A stretch of DNA of 64,000 nt, taken from NCBI GenBank assembly GCA_963798285.1, contig CAWCSR010000003.1, forward strand, positions 947,268-1,011,267, in the 5' to 3' direction. Position 1 is the first letter of the stretch; the number at the start of each line of letters is the position of its first letter. A program made the position numbers and the translations under genes. The notes beneath the pieces were generated by a model. The model was given only the letters and a program-made list of their open reading frames with translations. It did no database searches and was not told where the DNA came from. Source of the stretch: an uncultured Thermoleophilia bacterium. Its GTDB lineage: Bacteria; Actinomycetota; Thermoleophilia; UBA2241. Shown piece by piece: positions 8,721 to 23,238 of the stretch.

Positions 8721-9547
8721 TGGGCAAGGTCCTCGTCGTCGATCTGAACATCTGCAACGGCTGCTACAACTGCCAGGTGGCCTGCAAGGACGAGCACGTC
8801 GCCAACGACTGGTCGCCCATCGCCAAGCCGCAGCCCGACACGGGCCAGTTCTGGAACAAGGTCACCGACCTCGAACGCGGCCAGGTGCCGAAGGTCAAGG
8901 TCACCTACATGCACAGCATCTGCCAGCACTGCGACGACGCGCCGTGCATCCCGGCCTGCAACGTCAACGCGATCTACAAGCGCGACGACGGGGCCGTGAT
9001 CATCGACCCGGACAAGTGCCGCGGCAATCAGCTGTGTCTCGAGGCGTGCCCGTATGAGGACGTCATCTGGTTCAACGACTCGCTGAACATCGCCCAGAAG
9101 TGCACGTTCTGCGCCCACCTCCTGGACGACGGCTGGACCGAGCCGCGCTGCGCCGACGCTTGCCCGACGGGAGCGTTCCGGTTCGGCGACGAGGACGATC
9201 CGCAGATCATGGAACTCGTCGCCAAGGCCGAGCCGCTCAAGCCCGAGCTGGACGTGAAACCCCGCGTGTTCTATATCGGGCTCCCGAAGCCGTTCATCGC
9301 CGGCGCCGTGTTCGAGCCGGAAGTGGACGAGTGCACGGAGGGCGCCAAGGTCACCGCCATGAAGATCGGCAACGGCAAGGTGTACGAGGCCGTCACCGAC
9401 AGCTACGGCGACTTCTGGCTCCGCGACGTGGAGCCCGGCGAGTACACCGTGCTCGTCGAGAAGGAAGGCTACCTCCCGCAGAAGATGGGCCCCGTCGACG
9501 CGAACGCCGACATCAACATCGGTGACATCGCGGTCTGGAAGGCCTGA
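8720..9547 (+). CDS. molybdoenzyme Fe-S (beta) subunit: four ferredoxin-like Cys motifs plus a C-terminal beta-barrel (carboxypeptidase-regulatory-like) domain
   Basis: TGATG overlap with the alpha subunit. Cys motifs: CNGCYNCQVAC, CQHCDDAPCIPAC, CRGNQLCLEACP, CTFCAHLLDDGWTEPRCADACP. C-terminal about 90 aa (TAMKIGNGKVYEAVTDSYGDFWLRDVEPGEYTVLVEKEGY) matches the BthL-type barrel domain. Confidence 0.8.
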   Translation: MGKVLVVDLNICNGCYNCQVACKDEHVANDWSPIAKPQPDTGQFWNKVTDLERGQVPKVKVTYMHSICQHCDDAPCIPACNVNAIYKRDDGAVIIDPDKCRGNQLCLEACPYEDVIWFNDSLNIAQKCTFCAHLLDDGWTEPRCADACPTGAFRFGDEDDPQIMELVAKAEPLKPELDVKPRVFYIGLPKPFIAGAVFEPEVDECTEGAKVTAMKIGNGKVYEAVTDSYGDFWLRDVEPGEYTVLVEKEGYLPQKMGPVDANADINIGDIAVWKA

Positions 9548-9563
9548 GCAAGTTCGGGGGAAA

Positions 9564-9593
9564 GGGCCCGGCTCCCGCAGGGGGGCCGGGCCC
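9564..9593 (+). terminator. GC-rich hairpin downstream of the molybdoenzyme beta subunit
   Basis: GGGCCCGGC-tcccgcaggggg-GCCGGGCCC followed by a T-containing tract (TCCTGTGTTCC). Confidence 0.4.
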
Positions 9594-9637
9594 TCCTGTG
9601 TTCCGTGGCTGAAAGTACCGTGGCCGAGGCCCTCCAC

Positions 9638-9666
9638 TTGATTGCCTCGGGGGCAGGCTCTACAGT
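9638..9666 (+). promoter_or_regulatory. candidate sigma-A promoter for tatA (TTGATT-17-TACAGT)
   Basis: TTGATT at 9638..9643, a 17-nt spacer, and TACAGT at 9661..9666, about 70 nt upstream of the tatA ATG. Confidence 0.45.
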
Positions 9667-9737
9667 GGGTAGTGCGACAGCGTCAACGGCAGGCGCGGAC
9701 CGCAGCCGCGGCGCGTAGAGAGACGGGAGACTAGGAC

Positions 9738-9950
9738 ATGCCAAACCTCGGTGCACCAGAACTCATCATCATCGCTCTGGTGATCCTCTTGCTCTTCGGC
9801 GCGACGCGACTGCCGAAGCTCGGCAAGTCGATGGGCCAGAGCATCAAGGGGTTCAAGGACGGGCTCAACGACGGCTCCGAAGACGACGAGATCGTGGACG
9901 TCAAGCGCGACGCCACAGCGGAGCCCAAGGACGACGCCAAGGCCTCCTGA
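9738..9950 (+). CDS. tatA: twin-arginine translocase subunit TatA
   Basis: 70 aa. N-terminal TM helix then amphipathic helix: APELIIIALVILLLFGATRLPKLGKSMGQSIKGFKDG. RBS GGGAGA. Confidence 0.85.
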   Translation: MPNLGAPELIIIALVILLLFGATRLPKLGKSMGQSIKGFKDGLNDGSEDDEIVDVKRDATAEPKDDAKAS

Positions 9951-9965
9951 GCTCCGCAAGAACGC

Positions 9966-10005
9966 CAACGACGACGGCCCGCCACTGGCGGGCCGTCGTC
10001 GTTTA
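9966..10005. terminator. bidirectional hairpin terminator between convergent tatA and ispF
   Basis: AACGACGACGGCCCGCC-actg-GCGGGCCGTCGTCGTT, a perfect stem of about 16 bp followed by TT. Confidence 0.5.
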
Positions 10006-10025
10006 ACGGACGCGGCGAGCGAGCC

Positions 10026-10494
10026 TCAGCGGCTCAGCAGGCAGACGGCGTGGGCGGCGATGCCCTCCCCACGCCCCTCGAACCCCATGCCCTCGGTGGT
10101 CGTCGCCTTGACGCTGACGGCGTCGCTGGCCACGCCGAGGGCGCCGGCCAGGCGCTCGCGCATCTCGAGGCGGTACCCCGAGAGCCGTGGGCGCTCGCAC
10201 ACGATGGTCACGTCGGCGTTCTCGACCTTCCAGCCCGCGTTGGCGAGCCAGGCGATCACGCGCTCGAGGAGGACCATGCTCGAGGCGCCCTCGAACGCCG
10301 GGTCGGTGTCGGGGAACAGCTCGCCGATGTCGCCGAGACCGGCGGCGCCGAGCAGCGCGTCCATGAGCGCGTGGACGGCGACGTCGGCGTCGGAGTGGCC
10401 GGCGAGACCCTGCGCGTGGTCGATGCGATACGCCGCAGAGCACGAGCTCCCGCTCGTCGGCGAAGCGATGCGCGTCGTAGCCGCCGCCGATCCT
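10026..10494 (-). CDS. ispF: 2-C-methyl-D-erythritol 2,4-cyclodiphosphate synthase IspF (frameshifted at ~10425 in this assembly; no identifiable start codon)
   Basis: N-terminal RIGGGYDAHRFADERELVLCGVS lies in one frame. The rest (IDHAQGLAGHSDADVAVHALMDALLGAAGLGDIGELFPDTDPAF…KATTTEGMGFEGRGEGIAAHAV) lies in another frame. Confidence 0.7.
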
Positions 10495-11215
10495 ATACGT
10501 CGGTCTCGACCTCCCAGGAGAGCAGCGCGCCGGCCAGGGGCAGATCCGCCGGCGTGGTGATCTTGACGTTGGCCGGCGTGGACGGCACGAGGCGCACGGG
10601 GTAGCCGCCGCGCTCGAGCAGCATGGCGTCGTCGGTCGCGCCGTTCAGATCGGTGCGCGCGTACACGTCACGCAGGGCGGCGGCGCGGAACACCTGCGGC
10701 GTCTGGGCGGCCCACAGGCCGCCTCGGTCGACGGTGCCCGCCACCGTGCCCTTCTCGCCCTGACGCTTGAGCGTGTCGCTGACCTCGACCGCCGGCACGG
10801 CGCCGTCGGCGTCCTCGAGCGCCGCAAGGCAGTGCTCGAACACGTGCTTGGAGAAGAGCGGCCGGGCGCCGTCGTGGACGGCGATCACAGAGGCGCTGTC
10901 CGGCACCTCGACGAGGCCCGCGCGCACCGAGTCCGGCCGCGTGGCCCCACCCTCGGCGACGAGCAGCGGCTTGGCGTCGTCGAACATCGTGAGCTCGTTG
11001 GCGAAGCGTACCGTGTGCGACGGGTGCAGCACGACGACGATGCCGTCGACGCAGTCCATCTCGAGCAGCCGATGCAGTGAGTGCGCAAGGATCGTCTCGC
11101 CGCCGAGCCGCAGGAACTGCTTGGACTCGCCGTCGGGCAGCCCCATCCGCTGGCTTTCGCCGGCGGCGGCGACGATGACCCAGGTCTCCCCGGCTTGCTG
11201 ATCCTCCATGTCCAT
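10493..11215 (-). CDS. ispD: 2-C-methyl-D-erythritol 4-phosphate cytidylyltransferase IspD
   Basis: VIVAAAGESQRMG…GATDDAMLLER; IspD fold. Conserved position upstream of ispF. Confidence 0.85.
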   Translation of the reverse strand: MDMEDQQAGETWVIVAAAGESQRMGLPDGESKQFLRLGGETILAHSLHRLLEMDCVDGIVVVLHPSHTVRFANELTMFDDAKPLLVAEGGATRPDSVRAGLVEVPDSASVIAVHDGARPLFSKHVFEHCLAALEDADGAVPAVEVSDTLKRQGEKGTVAGTVDRGGLWAAQTPQVFRAAALRDVYARTDLNGATDDAMLLERGGYPVRLVPSTPANVKITTPADLPLAGALLSWEVETDV

Positions 11216-11224
11216 TCCTCCCGG

Positions 11225-12271
11225 TCAGTTGTCGGCCGGCGGCGGAGCGCTCACGCGGCTGAAGATCATCTTGCCCGAGGGGCTCTGCAGGACGCTGGTC
11301 ACCTCGGCCTTGACGCGCGAGCCGACCAGGCTGCTGCCGGCTTCGACGACGATCATGGTGCCGTCGTCGAGGTAGCCGACGCCCTGGTCGTGCTCGCGCC
11401 CTTCTCGCAGGATCTTGACTTCGATGAGCTCGCCCGGCAGCACGGCCGGCTTGACCGAGTTGGCGAGGTCGTTGACGTTGAGCAGCTTGACGCCCTGGAT
11501 CTCGGCGACCTTCTTGAGCGTGTAGTCGGTGCTGACGATCTGCGCGCCGGTGTCCTTGGCAAAGCGGACGAGCTTGGCGTCGACGGACTCGATGTCCGGG
11601 TAGTCGCTGTCGTCGATGCGCACCGCCCCGGAGCTGTTCTGCAGACGCTTGACGAAGTCCAGGCCGCGGCGGCCGCGCACGCGCTTCTCGGCGTCGGCGG
11701 AGTCGGCGAGCCGCTGGAGTTCCTCGACGACGAAGCGCGGCACGAGGAGCTCACCCTCGACGAACCCCGTGTCGATGATCTCCAGGATGCGCCCGTCGAT
11801 GATGGCGCTGGAGTCGAGCAGCTTGGCCGGCGTGAGGCCCGGGATCACTTCGAACGCGCCGCGCACGCCGAGCAGACGAAGGATCTCGATGTGCTTCTTG
11901 GCGGCGAGGTAGGCGGTGAAGTACCCGGAGAGCAGGTAGATCGGCACCGTGAGGTAGGGGCCCACGATGGGGATGCGTATCAGGGCGATGCTGATGAGCG
12001 TGGCGATGAAGAGGCCGACCACGACGCCGCCGATGCCGACGACGACCTCGGCGCCCGTCGCACGCACCATGAACTCGTCGACGCGGTCGAGGCCGCGGCG
12101 TATGAGCCGGGAGACGACGACGCCGAACAGGTAGCCCAGGCCGAGGCCGGCGAAGGTGAAGACGACGAGCCAGATGACCTTGCCGCCCTGGTCGAGGACG
12201 GGAGCGAACGACGACGCGCGGATGCGGTCGGCGAGCTGATACCCCGCGAGCGCGCCCAGCAGGGCGAGCAA
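11225..12271 (-). CDS. PIN/TRAM-domain membrane protein (YacL-like)
   Basis: N-terminal TM helices, then a PIN-like region (ILDTSAIIDGRILEIIDTGF…VPRFVVEELQRLAD) and a C-terminal TRAM-like barrel (IEVKILREGREHDQGVGYLDDGTMIVVE). The start (TTG at 12271) is uncertain. Confidence 0.65.
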   Translation of the reverse strand: MLALLGALAGYQLADRIRASSFAPVLDQGGKVIWLVVFTFAGLGLGYLFGVVVSRLIRRGLDRVDEFMVRATGAEVVVGIGGVVVGLFIATLISIALIRIPIVGPYLTVPIYLLSGYFTAYLAAKKHIEILRLLGVRGAFEVIPGLTPAKLLDSSAIIDGRILEIIDTGFVEGELLVPRFVVEELQRLADSADAEKRVRGRRGLDFVKRLQNSSGAVRIDDSDYPDIESVDAKLVRFAKDTGAQIVSTDYTLKKVAEIQGVKLLNVNDLANSVKPAVLPGELIEVKILREGREHDQGVGYLDDGTMIVVEAGSSLVGSRVKAEVTSVLQSPSGKMIFSRVSAPPPADN

Positions 12272-12332
12272 CCCGCGGATGGCCGGCTGCAGGACGCCGC
12301 GCGGCCTGCGCTGGCGGCCCGTCGGGCCGGGA

Positions 12333-12870
12333 TCAGACGACGGGAGCGGGCTCTCGGGAGTCGTCGGCAAGAGCAGGTCCGTCCACGTGGATGTCCTCGA
12401 GCACGGTCTCCAGGAACGCGTTCGCCTCGTCCTCGTCGAAGTCGCGCGCGTACATGAGCTCGCTGGCGAGGATCTTCTTGGCCTTGGAGAACATCTGCTT
12501 CTCGCCGGTCGACAGCCCCTTGTCGGCGTGGCGGATGGCGAGATTGCGGACCACTTCGGCGACCTCGAAGATGTCGCCGGTCTTGAGCTTGTCGCGGTTG
12601 TGCTTGTAGCGACGGCTCCAGTTCTTGGGCATCTTGGTGGGGTCGCCGCGCAGGACCTCGAGGACCCTGTTCGACGACGTCGGACTCGATGACCTTGCGC
12701 AGGCCGGCGCGGTCGGCGTTCTCGACGGGGACCATGACGGTCATGTCGTTGTGCAGGATCTGGATGGTGAGGTAGTCGCGCTGCTGGCCGAGCACGTCCT
12801 TCTGCTCGATCTTCATGATCTTGCCGGCGCCGTGGTGCGGATACACGACCTTGTCTCCGACTGAATACAT
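12333..12870 (-). CDS. carD: RNA polymerase-binding transcription factor CarD (frameshifted at ~12646: extra G in a G-run)
   Basis: [52 protein letters not shown]… then, after the shift, …KNWSRRYKHNRDKLKTGDIFEVAEVVRNLAIRHADKGLSTGEKQMF. ATG at 12870 overlaps the radA stop (TGATG). Confidence 0.8.
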
Positions 12871-14291
12871 CAAACCCCCCACTCGTCGTTCTTGGCCCCG
12901 GACGGTCTGCCGCCGACGCGCCCGTCGCCCAGGAGGACGGCGAACGCCCCACGCAGGTCGGCCGCGCCTGCGGCACGACCGTCGGCCCGGCGAGCATCGG
13001 CAGCTGGAACGACTACCCTGTCGAAGCCGGCACGACCAGCTTCGGCGATACGTCGCTCGCTCTGGCTGCAGGATCGAAGTCCGCCCGTCAGGCTGATCTC
13101 CCCGAACGCCGCCGCCCCGGCGGGAAGCGGTTCATCGCGCTGCGCTGAGGCGACAGCGAGTGCGACTGCGAGGTCCGCCGCGGGCTCGTCGATGCGAATT
13201 CCGCCTGCAATTGTAACAAAAATGTCCGAACTAGACAACTTCAGCCCTGCATGCCTCCCGAGGACGGCGACGAGCATCGCCAGGCGGTTGCGGTCGAAGC
13301 CCACGGCGACGCGGCGCGGCATCGCCAGTTCGGTCTGGTTGACGAGCGCCTGCACCTCGACGAGGAAGCAGCGCGTGCCCTCGACGGCGACGTGCACGGC
13401 CGAGCCCGGCGCCGGCGCCGCCTCGCTCAGGAACAGAGCCGAGGGGTCGGGCACCGTCTTGAGGCCCGACCCGGTCATCTCGAAGATCCCCAGCTCGTTG
13501 GTGGAGCCGAAGCGGTTCTTGGCGGCGCGCAGGGTGCGGTAGAAGCGGTAGCGGTCGCCCTCGAACTGGAGCACCGTGTCGACCATGTGCTCCAGCACCC
13601 GGGGGCCGGCGATCGCGCCCTCCTTGGTCACGTGGCCGACGAGGAAGACGGCCGCGCCGGTGTCCTTGGCCAGGCGCAGGAAGCGGCCCGCCGCTTCGCG
13701 CACCTGGCTCACACTGCCCGGCGCCGACGTGAAGGAGTCGCTGTAGAGCGTCTGCACAGAGTCGACGACGACCAGCGCCGGGCGCGCCGCCGCGACCGTC
13801 TCGAGCACCAGCTCCAGCTCGGTCTCGGCGAGGACGTCGATGTTGGCGGCGCCCTTGCAGATGCGCTCGGCGCGCATCTTGACCTGGGCCGCCGACTCCT
13901 CGCCGCAGACGAGCAGCGCCGGGCGGTCGGCGGCGACGTTGTCGAGCACCTGGAGCAGGAGCGTGGACTTGCCGATGCCGGGCTCGCCGCCGACCAGCAC
14001 GAGCGAGCCCGGGACGATGCCGCCGCCGAGCACGCGGTCGAGCTCGTCGATGCCGCTCGAGAACCGCTCGGCGGCCGACGAGACGACCTCGGAGAGGCGA
14101 ACGGGGCCGGCGGCGCATCTGCCGCCGGCCCCGTCTCCGGTCTTCGCGCCGCGGCCCCGCCCTCTGGGCGCCGCCGCGACCACCTCTTCGACGAACGAGT
14201 CCCAGGCGCCGCAGTCCGGGCAGTGCCCGAGCCACTTGGCCTCCCGGCGACCGCACTCGCCGCAGGTGAAGACGGTCTGGGTCCTCGCCAC
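12870..14291 (-). CDS. radA: DNA repair protein RadA
   Basis: N-terminal zinc ribbon [21 protein letters not shown], Walker [20 protein letters not shown] motif, C-terminal Lon-like domain. Intact. GTG start. Confidence 0.85.
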   Translation of the reverse strand: MARTQTVFTCGECGRREAKWLGHCPDCGAWDSFVEEVVAAAPRGRGRGAKTGDGAGGRCAAGPVRLSEVVSSAAERFSSGIDELDRVLGGGIVPGSLVLVGGEPGIGKSTLLLQVLDNVAADRPALLVCGEESAAQVKMRAERICKGAANIDVLAETELELVLETVAAARPALVVVDSVQTLYSDSFTSAPGSVSQVREAAGRFLRLAKDTGAAVFLVGHVTKEGAIAGPRVLEHMVDTVLQFEGDRYRFYRTLRAAKNRFGSTNELGIFEMTGSGLKTVPDPSALFLSEAAPAPGSAVHVAVEGTRCFLVEVQALVNQTELAMPRRVAVGFDRNRLAMLVAVLGRHAGLKLSSSDIFVTIAGGIRIDEPAADLAVALAVASAQRDEPLPAGAAAFGEISLTGGLRSCSQSERRIAEAGRAGFDRVVVPAADARRADGRAAGAADLRGAFAVLLGDGRVGGRPSGAKNDEWGV

Positions 14292-14335
14292 GGTCAGCGG
14301 CCTTTGCCGCGGTACCCGGTCGCCGTCACGACTCC

Positions 14336-16907
<2,572 letters not shown>

Positions 16908-17145
16908 GCGGCCACTCCTTCACGATACGGGAGCCGCTCGAGCCGTCGAGGGGACGGAGACGGCTTCCGGTGCTTACTCTCAGTCTCCGGCATACCCACT
17001 CTCGCCCCGCCGGAGACACGACGTAGTCTATGGTACCCGATTCACCGCGATGACGCGACCCGCGCCTCATGGTTGCCGGAGCCAGTATGATGACGCCTCG
17101 GGAACTCGCCCCACGACACGTCGCGCGACGAGAGGAGACCCACCC

Positions 17146-19304
17146 ATGCGCCGGATTATCACCTGGTCCGTCAGAGGCAAACATCCGTGGATCGTGATCG
17201 CGGTCTGGATCGTCGTCGCCGGCGCCCTCTCCATGGGACCGAAGCTCCAGAGCGTGACCACCAACGACGCCTCCAAGGGTCTCTCCAACGCCGTCGAGAG
17301 CAAGCGCGCCGACGCCCTGCAGCAGCAGTACTTCCCCAACGCCAGGGGGACGCCCGTCATCGTCGTCTACGGCTCGGACGCGGCGCTCACGGCCGCCGAC
17401 AAGGCGGCGATCGCGCAGGGCGAGGCATGGCTCAAGAGCGGCGCCGAGCCCATCAACAGCGCCAGCGTCCAGTACTCGCCGGATGGCAAGGGAGCGCTGA
17501 TCTTCGCGAGCCTGAACGGCAACCCGGGCGACGCGTCCTTCCGGGACTCGGTACAGACCATCCGCGACCACTTCGGCGACCAGCGTCAACGGGATGCAGG
17601 TCGAGGTCACCGGGCCCGGCGGCCTCATCACCGACGTCTACGAGATCTTCCTCAACGCCGACGTCAAGCTGCTCATCGGCACCGTCGTCCTGGTGCTGGT
17701 GCTGCTGCTGCTCATCTACCGCTCGCCGGTGCTGCCCTTCGTGCCGCTCATCGCCGTCGGCTTCGGCTACTTCGTCGCCGGCGGGCATCCTCGCGCTGGT
17801 CGCCAAGGCCACGGGAACGACCCTCTCCGGGCAGGCGACGTCGCTCATGGTGATCCTGCTGTTCGGCGCCGGCACCGACTACGGCCTGCTCCTCATCTCG
17901 CGCTACCGCGAGGACCTGCGCCGCGAGCGCGACGCGCGCGTCGCGCTGGCCACGGCGCTGGGCGAGACGTGGGAGGCGATCGCCGCCAGCGGCCTGACGG
18001 TGACTCTGGCGGTGCTCACGCTGCTGTTCGCCCAGTACGGCGACTACCGCTCGTTCGCGCCGGTGCTCGGCGTCGGCGTCTTCGTGACCCTCATCGCCGG
18101 GCTGACGCTCATGCCGGCGCTGCTCGCGCTGCTCGGGCGCCGGGCCTTCTGGCCGCGCGTACCGAAGCAGGGCGAGGCGACGCAGCACAGGACGTGGGGT
18201 CGCGTCGCCGACGTGGGTCGCCGCGGGGCCGCGCCGGGCCGCGCTCGGGGTCCTCGCGATCCTCGTCGTCCTCGCGCTCGGCTGCCTCTTCTACAGCCCA
18301 CGCTTCAGCTTCACCGAGGACTTCCTCAAGAACATGCCCTCCAAGCAGGGCTATGCGCTGCTGGAGCAGCACTTCCCCAAGGGCGCGCTGGCGCCGACGA
18401 CGGTGCTGATGACCCTCAAGGGCAAGGTCCCGCCCACGGTCATCGAGCACGAGATCCCGGCGCGTCTCCGCAGGTGCCCGGGGGTGGCCGCAGCCTTCTC
18501 CACGGGCCGATCGTCCGACGGCGGCAAGCTGGCTCGGCTATCCAGGTGATCCTGACGGGCGATCCCTACTCTCAGCAGGCGCTGCAGCAGGTGCGCGACA
18601 TCCGGCAGGTGGCTCGCACGGACCGCGGCTCGGTCGGCGGCGGCACCGCTCTCGTCGGCGGCCCCACGGCCATCCAGGCGGACACCTGGGCGCAGAGCAA
18701 CCGCGACACGATCGTCGTGGCCGTCGCCGCCCTGATCGTCGTCGGCGTCATCCTGATGCTCCTGCTGCGCGCCGTGGTGGCGCCCGTCTACCTGCTGCTC
18801 ACCAACGTGCTCTCGTACCTCGCCGCCCTCGGACTGACGATCGTCATCACCGAGAAGCTGCTGGGGTGGGAGCACATCAGCTACCGCATCCCGCTGTACA
18901 TGTTCATCTTCCTGGTGGCCCTCGGCAGCGACTACAACATCTTCATCACGACGCGCATCCGCGGCGAGGCGATGGCCAGAGGGCTGCGCGATGGCACGGT
19001 CACGGCCCTGTCGGCCACCGGCGGCGTGCTCACCAGCGCCGGCATCATCCTGGCCGGCACGTTCCTGATCCTGCTCTCCCAGCCGGTCAAGGACCTCGCC
19101 GAGATCAGCATCGGCGTGGCGCTCGGCGTGCTCATCGACACGTTCCTGGTGCGCACCGCCCTGGTGCCGGGTCTCACGCTCTGGATCGGGCCCAAGGCCG
19201 GGTGGCCGGGTCCGCTGTGGACGAAGAAGGGGGCGGCGGCAAAGGCGATCGCCGGCCCGCGGCCGTCCACAGTGAGCGGCGAACCTCTCGGCGACGAAGC
19301 CTAG
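17146..19304 (+). CDS. MMPL/RND-superfamily membrane transporter (about four frameshifts in this assembly)
   Basis: ATG at 17146 follows GAGAGGAG. Two 6-TM bundles with MMPL-like segments (ILLFGAGTDYGLLLISRYRE…; LVALGSDYNIFITTRIRGEA) are spread over three frames. Confidence 0.7.
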
Positions 19305-19347
19305 ACGCAGGCGGTCACGAGCCGGAGCGCGCGAGGCGCGCCGGGCG

Positions 19348-20835
<1,488 letters not shown>

Positions 20836-20843
20836 GGCGGCGG

Positions 20844-21324
20844 TCAGGCCTTCTCGATGGCCAGGACCTTGAACTTCTTGGAGCCCTGCGGGACCGCTAC
20901 GGTGACCTTGTCGCCGGGCTTGTGGCCGATGATGGCGCGGCCGACCGGTGACTCGTTGGACAGCTTGTGCGCGCCCGGGTCGGCCTCGGCCGAACCGACG
21001 ATTGAGTACTGCACCACGTCGCCGCGCTGCATGTCCTGCAGCGTGACCTTGGTGCCCACGCCGACTGCCTCGGTAGAGATGCTCGTCGGAGTCGATGACG
21101 ATGGCGCTGCGCAGGCGCTCCTCGAGAGCGTAGATGCGCGCCTCGAGCATCGCCTGTTCGTTCTTGGCGTCGTCGTACTCGGAGTTCTCCGAGATGTCGC
21201 CGAAGTCGCGCGCGGCACGGATGCGCTCGGCGACCTCGTCGCGCTTGACGGACGAGAGATACTCGATCTCTTCCTTGAGGCGCTGGAAGCCCTCAGGCGT
21301 GAGGATGATCTCACGGTCGACCAC
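20844..21324 (-). CDS. greA: transcription elongation factor GreA (frameshifted at ~21060)
   Basis: GTG at 21324 follows GAGGAGG. N-terminal coiled coil [20 protein letters not shown]…[23 protein letters not shown]-terminal FKBP-like domain …[14 protein letters not shown]…KVLAIEKA. Confidence 0.8.
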
Positions 21325-21447
21325 AGATTCCTCCTCTTCAACGCGGCAACGCGGCCCCGTTCGAGGCCGCGTGCCGAAGTGGCGAGCAAGTATAGGGCAT
21401 GCCCGGCGTTTGCGCAAACGGAGCAGGATCGCCGTCGACAGGGCACG

Positions 21448-22452
21448 TCAGAGGCCGAGAAGCGTGCGTACCTCGGCCTCGTCTCGTGCCCGCATGAGCT
21501 CCAGAGCCAGCGGCTTGTCGAGGGCGCCGTGGCGGCGGAATCCCGGCCAGAACTGGCGCAGATGGCCGGCGGCGCGGCCGCCGAGCTCGGCGACGGCCTC
21601 CGCCGCGAAACGGCGGACCTCGCCGAGCTTCTCGGCGGCCGAGGGCTCGGCTGCGCCGAGCACCTGGGCGAACAGCCACGGTGCGCCCACGGCGCCGCGC
21701 GCCAGCATCACGGCCGCGGCGCCGCCGTCCAGCAACCGCAGCGCCGCCTCCCGGCCGTCCACGTCGCCGGAGGCGATGACGGGGACGGGCAGCTCGGCGG
21801 CGAGCGCGAACGTCACCGTGTGGTCGGCGCGGCCGCGATAGAGCTGCGCCGCCGTGCGCGGGTGCATGCACACGGCGGCCGCGCCCGCCTCGACGAGACG
21901 CGGCGCCGTCCGGCGCCCGAGCTCGTCGCCGTCCCGGAGTCCCGCGCGGATCTTCACGGTGACGGGGACGCCGCGCCCCGGCGCCGCGACCGCCACGGCG
22001 CGCACGACCGCGGCGACGATGCCGGCGGCCCGGTCGGGCTCCGCGAGCAGCGCCGCGCCGGCGCCGGTCTTGACGACCTTGCGCACCGGGCACGCCATGT
22101 TGAGATCGACCACGTCGGCGCCGGCCTCCACCGCCCGCCCGGCCGCGTCGGCGAGCACGTCGGCGTCGGCCCCGAACAGCTGGAACCCCAGCGGGTACTC
22201 GTCCTCGCCGTGGGCGAAGTAGTCGAGCGTGCGCCGGTTGTCGTAGTGGACGCCGTAGGCGGAGATCATCTCCGTGAAGACGAGGCCGGCACCCCAGCGG
22301 CGCACGCTGCGCCGGAACGCCGGCGTCGTGAGCCCGGCCATGGGCGCCATGAAGAGCCGCCGCTCGAGCCGGAGAGAGCCGACAGCGAGCGGCCGGAGCA
22401 GCGGATCCCCCGCCCGGGCGGTCCCGGCGGACGCGAGGCCGGGCGCGGTCAC
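21448..22452 (-). CDS. dus: tRNA-dihydrouridine synthase (DusB-like)
   Basis: FMAPMAGLTTPAFRR…DLNMACPVRKVVKTGAGAALL…TVKIRAG; TIM-barrel Dus family. Intact. Confidence 0.8.
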   Translation of the reverse strand: MTAPGLASAGTARAGDPLLRPLAVGSLRLERRLFMAPMAGLTTPAFRRSVRRWGAGLVFTEMISAYGVHYDNRRTLDYFAHGEDEYPLGFQLFGADADVLADAAGRAVEAGADVVDLNMACPVRKVVKTGAGAALLAEPDRAAGIVAAVVRAVAVAAPGRGVPVTVKIRAGLRDGDELGRRTAPRLVEAGAAAVCMHPRTAAQLYRGRADHTVTFALAAELPVPVIASGDVDGREAALRLLDGGAAAVMLARGAVGAPWLFAQVLGAAEPSAAEKLGEVRRFAAEAVAELGGRAAGHLRQFWPGFRRHGALDKPLALELMRARDEAEVRTLLGL

Positions 22453-22462
22453 GCCCGCCGCC

Positions 22463-23236
<774 letters not shown>

Positions 23237-23238
23237 GG

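Noticed and set aside
9738-9950. tatA adjacency as evidence that the molybdoenzyme is Tat-exported.
   Set aside because: The alpha subunit N-terminus (MAEDMSKTGASGETTLIR…) has no RR motif or hydrophobic h-region, and tatA has its own promoter. The adjacency is probably coincidental.
10003-10604. Overlapping ORFs of 146 aa and 184 aa around ispF.
   Set aside because: They are antisense or alternate-frame artefacts. The IspF homology lies in the other minus-strand frames.
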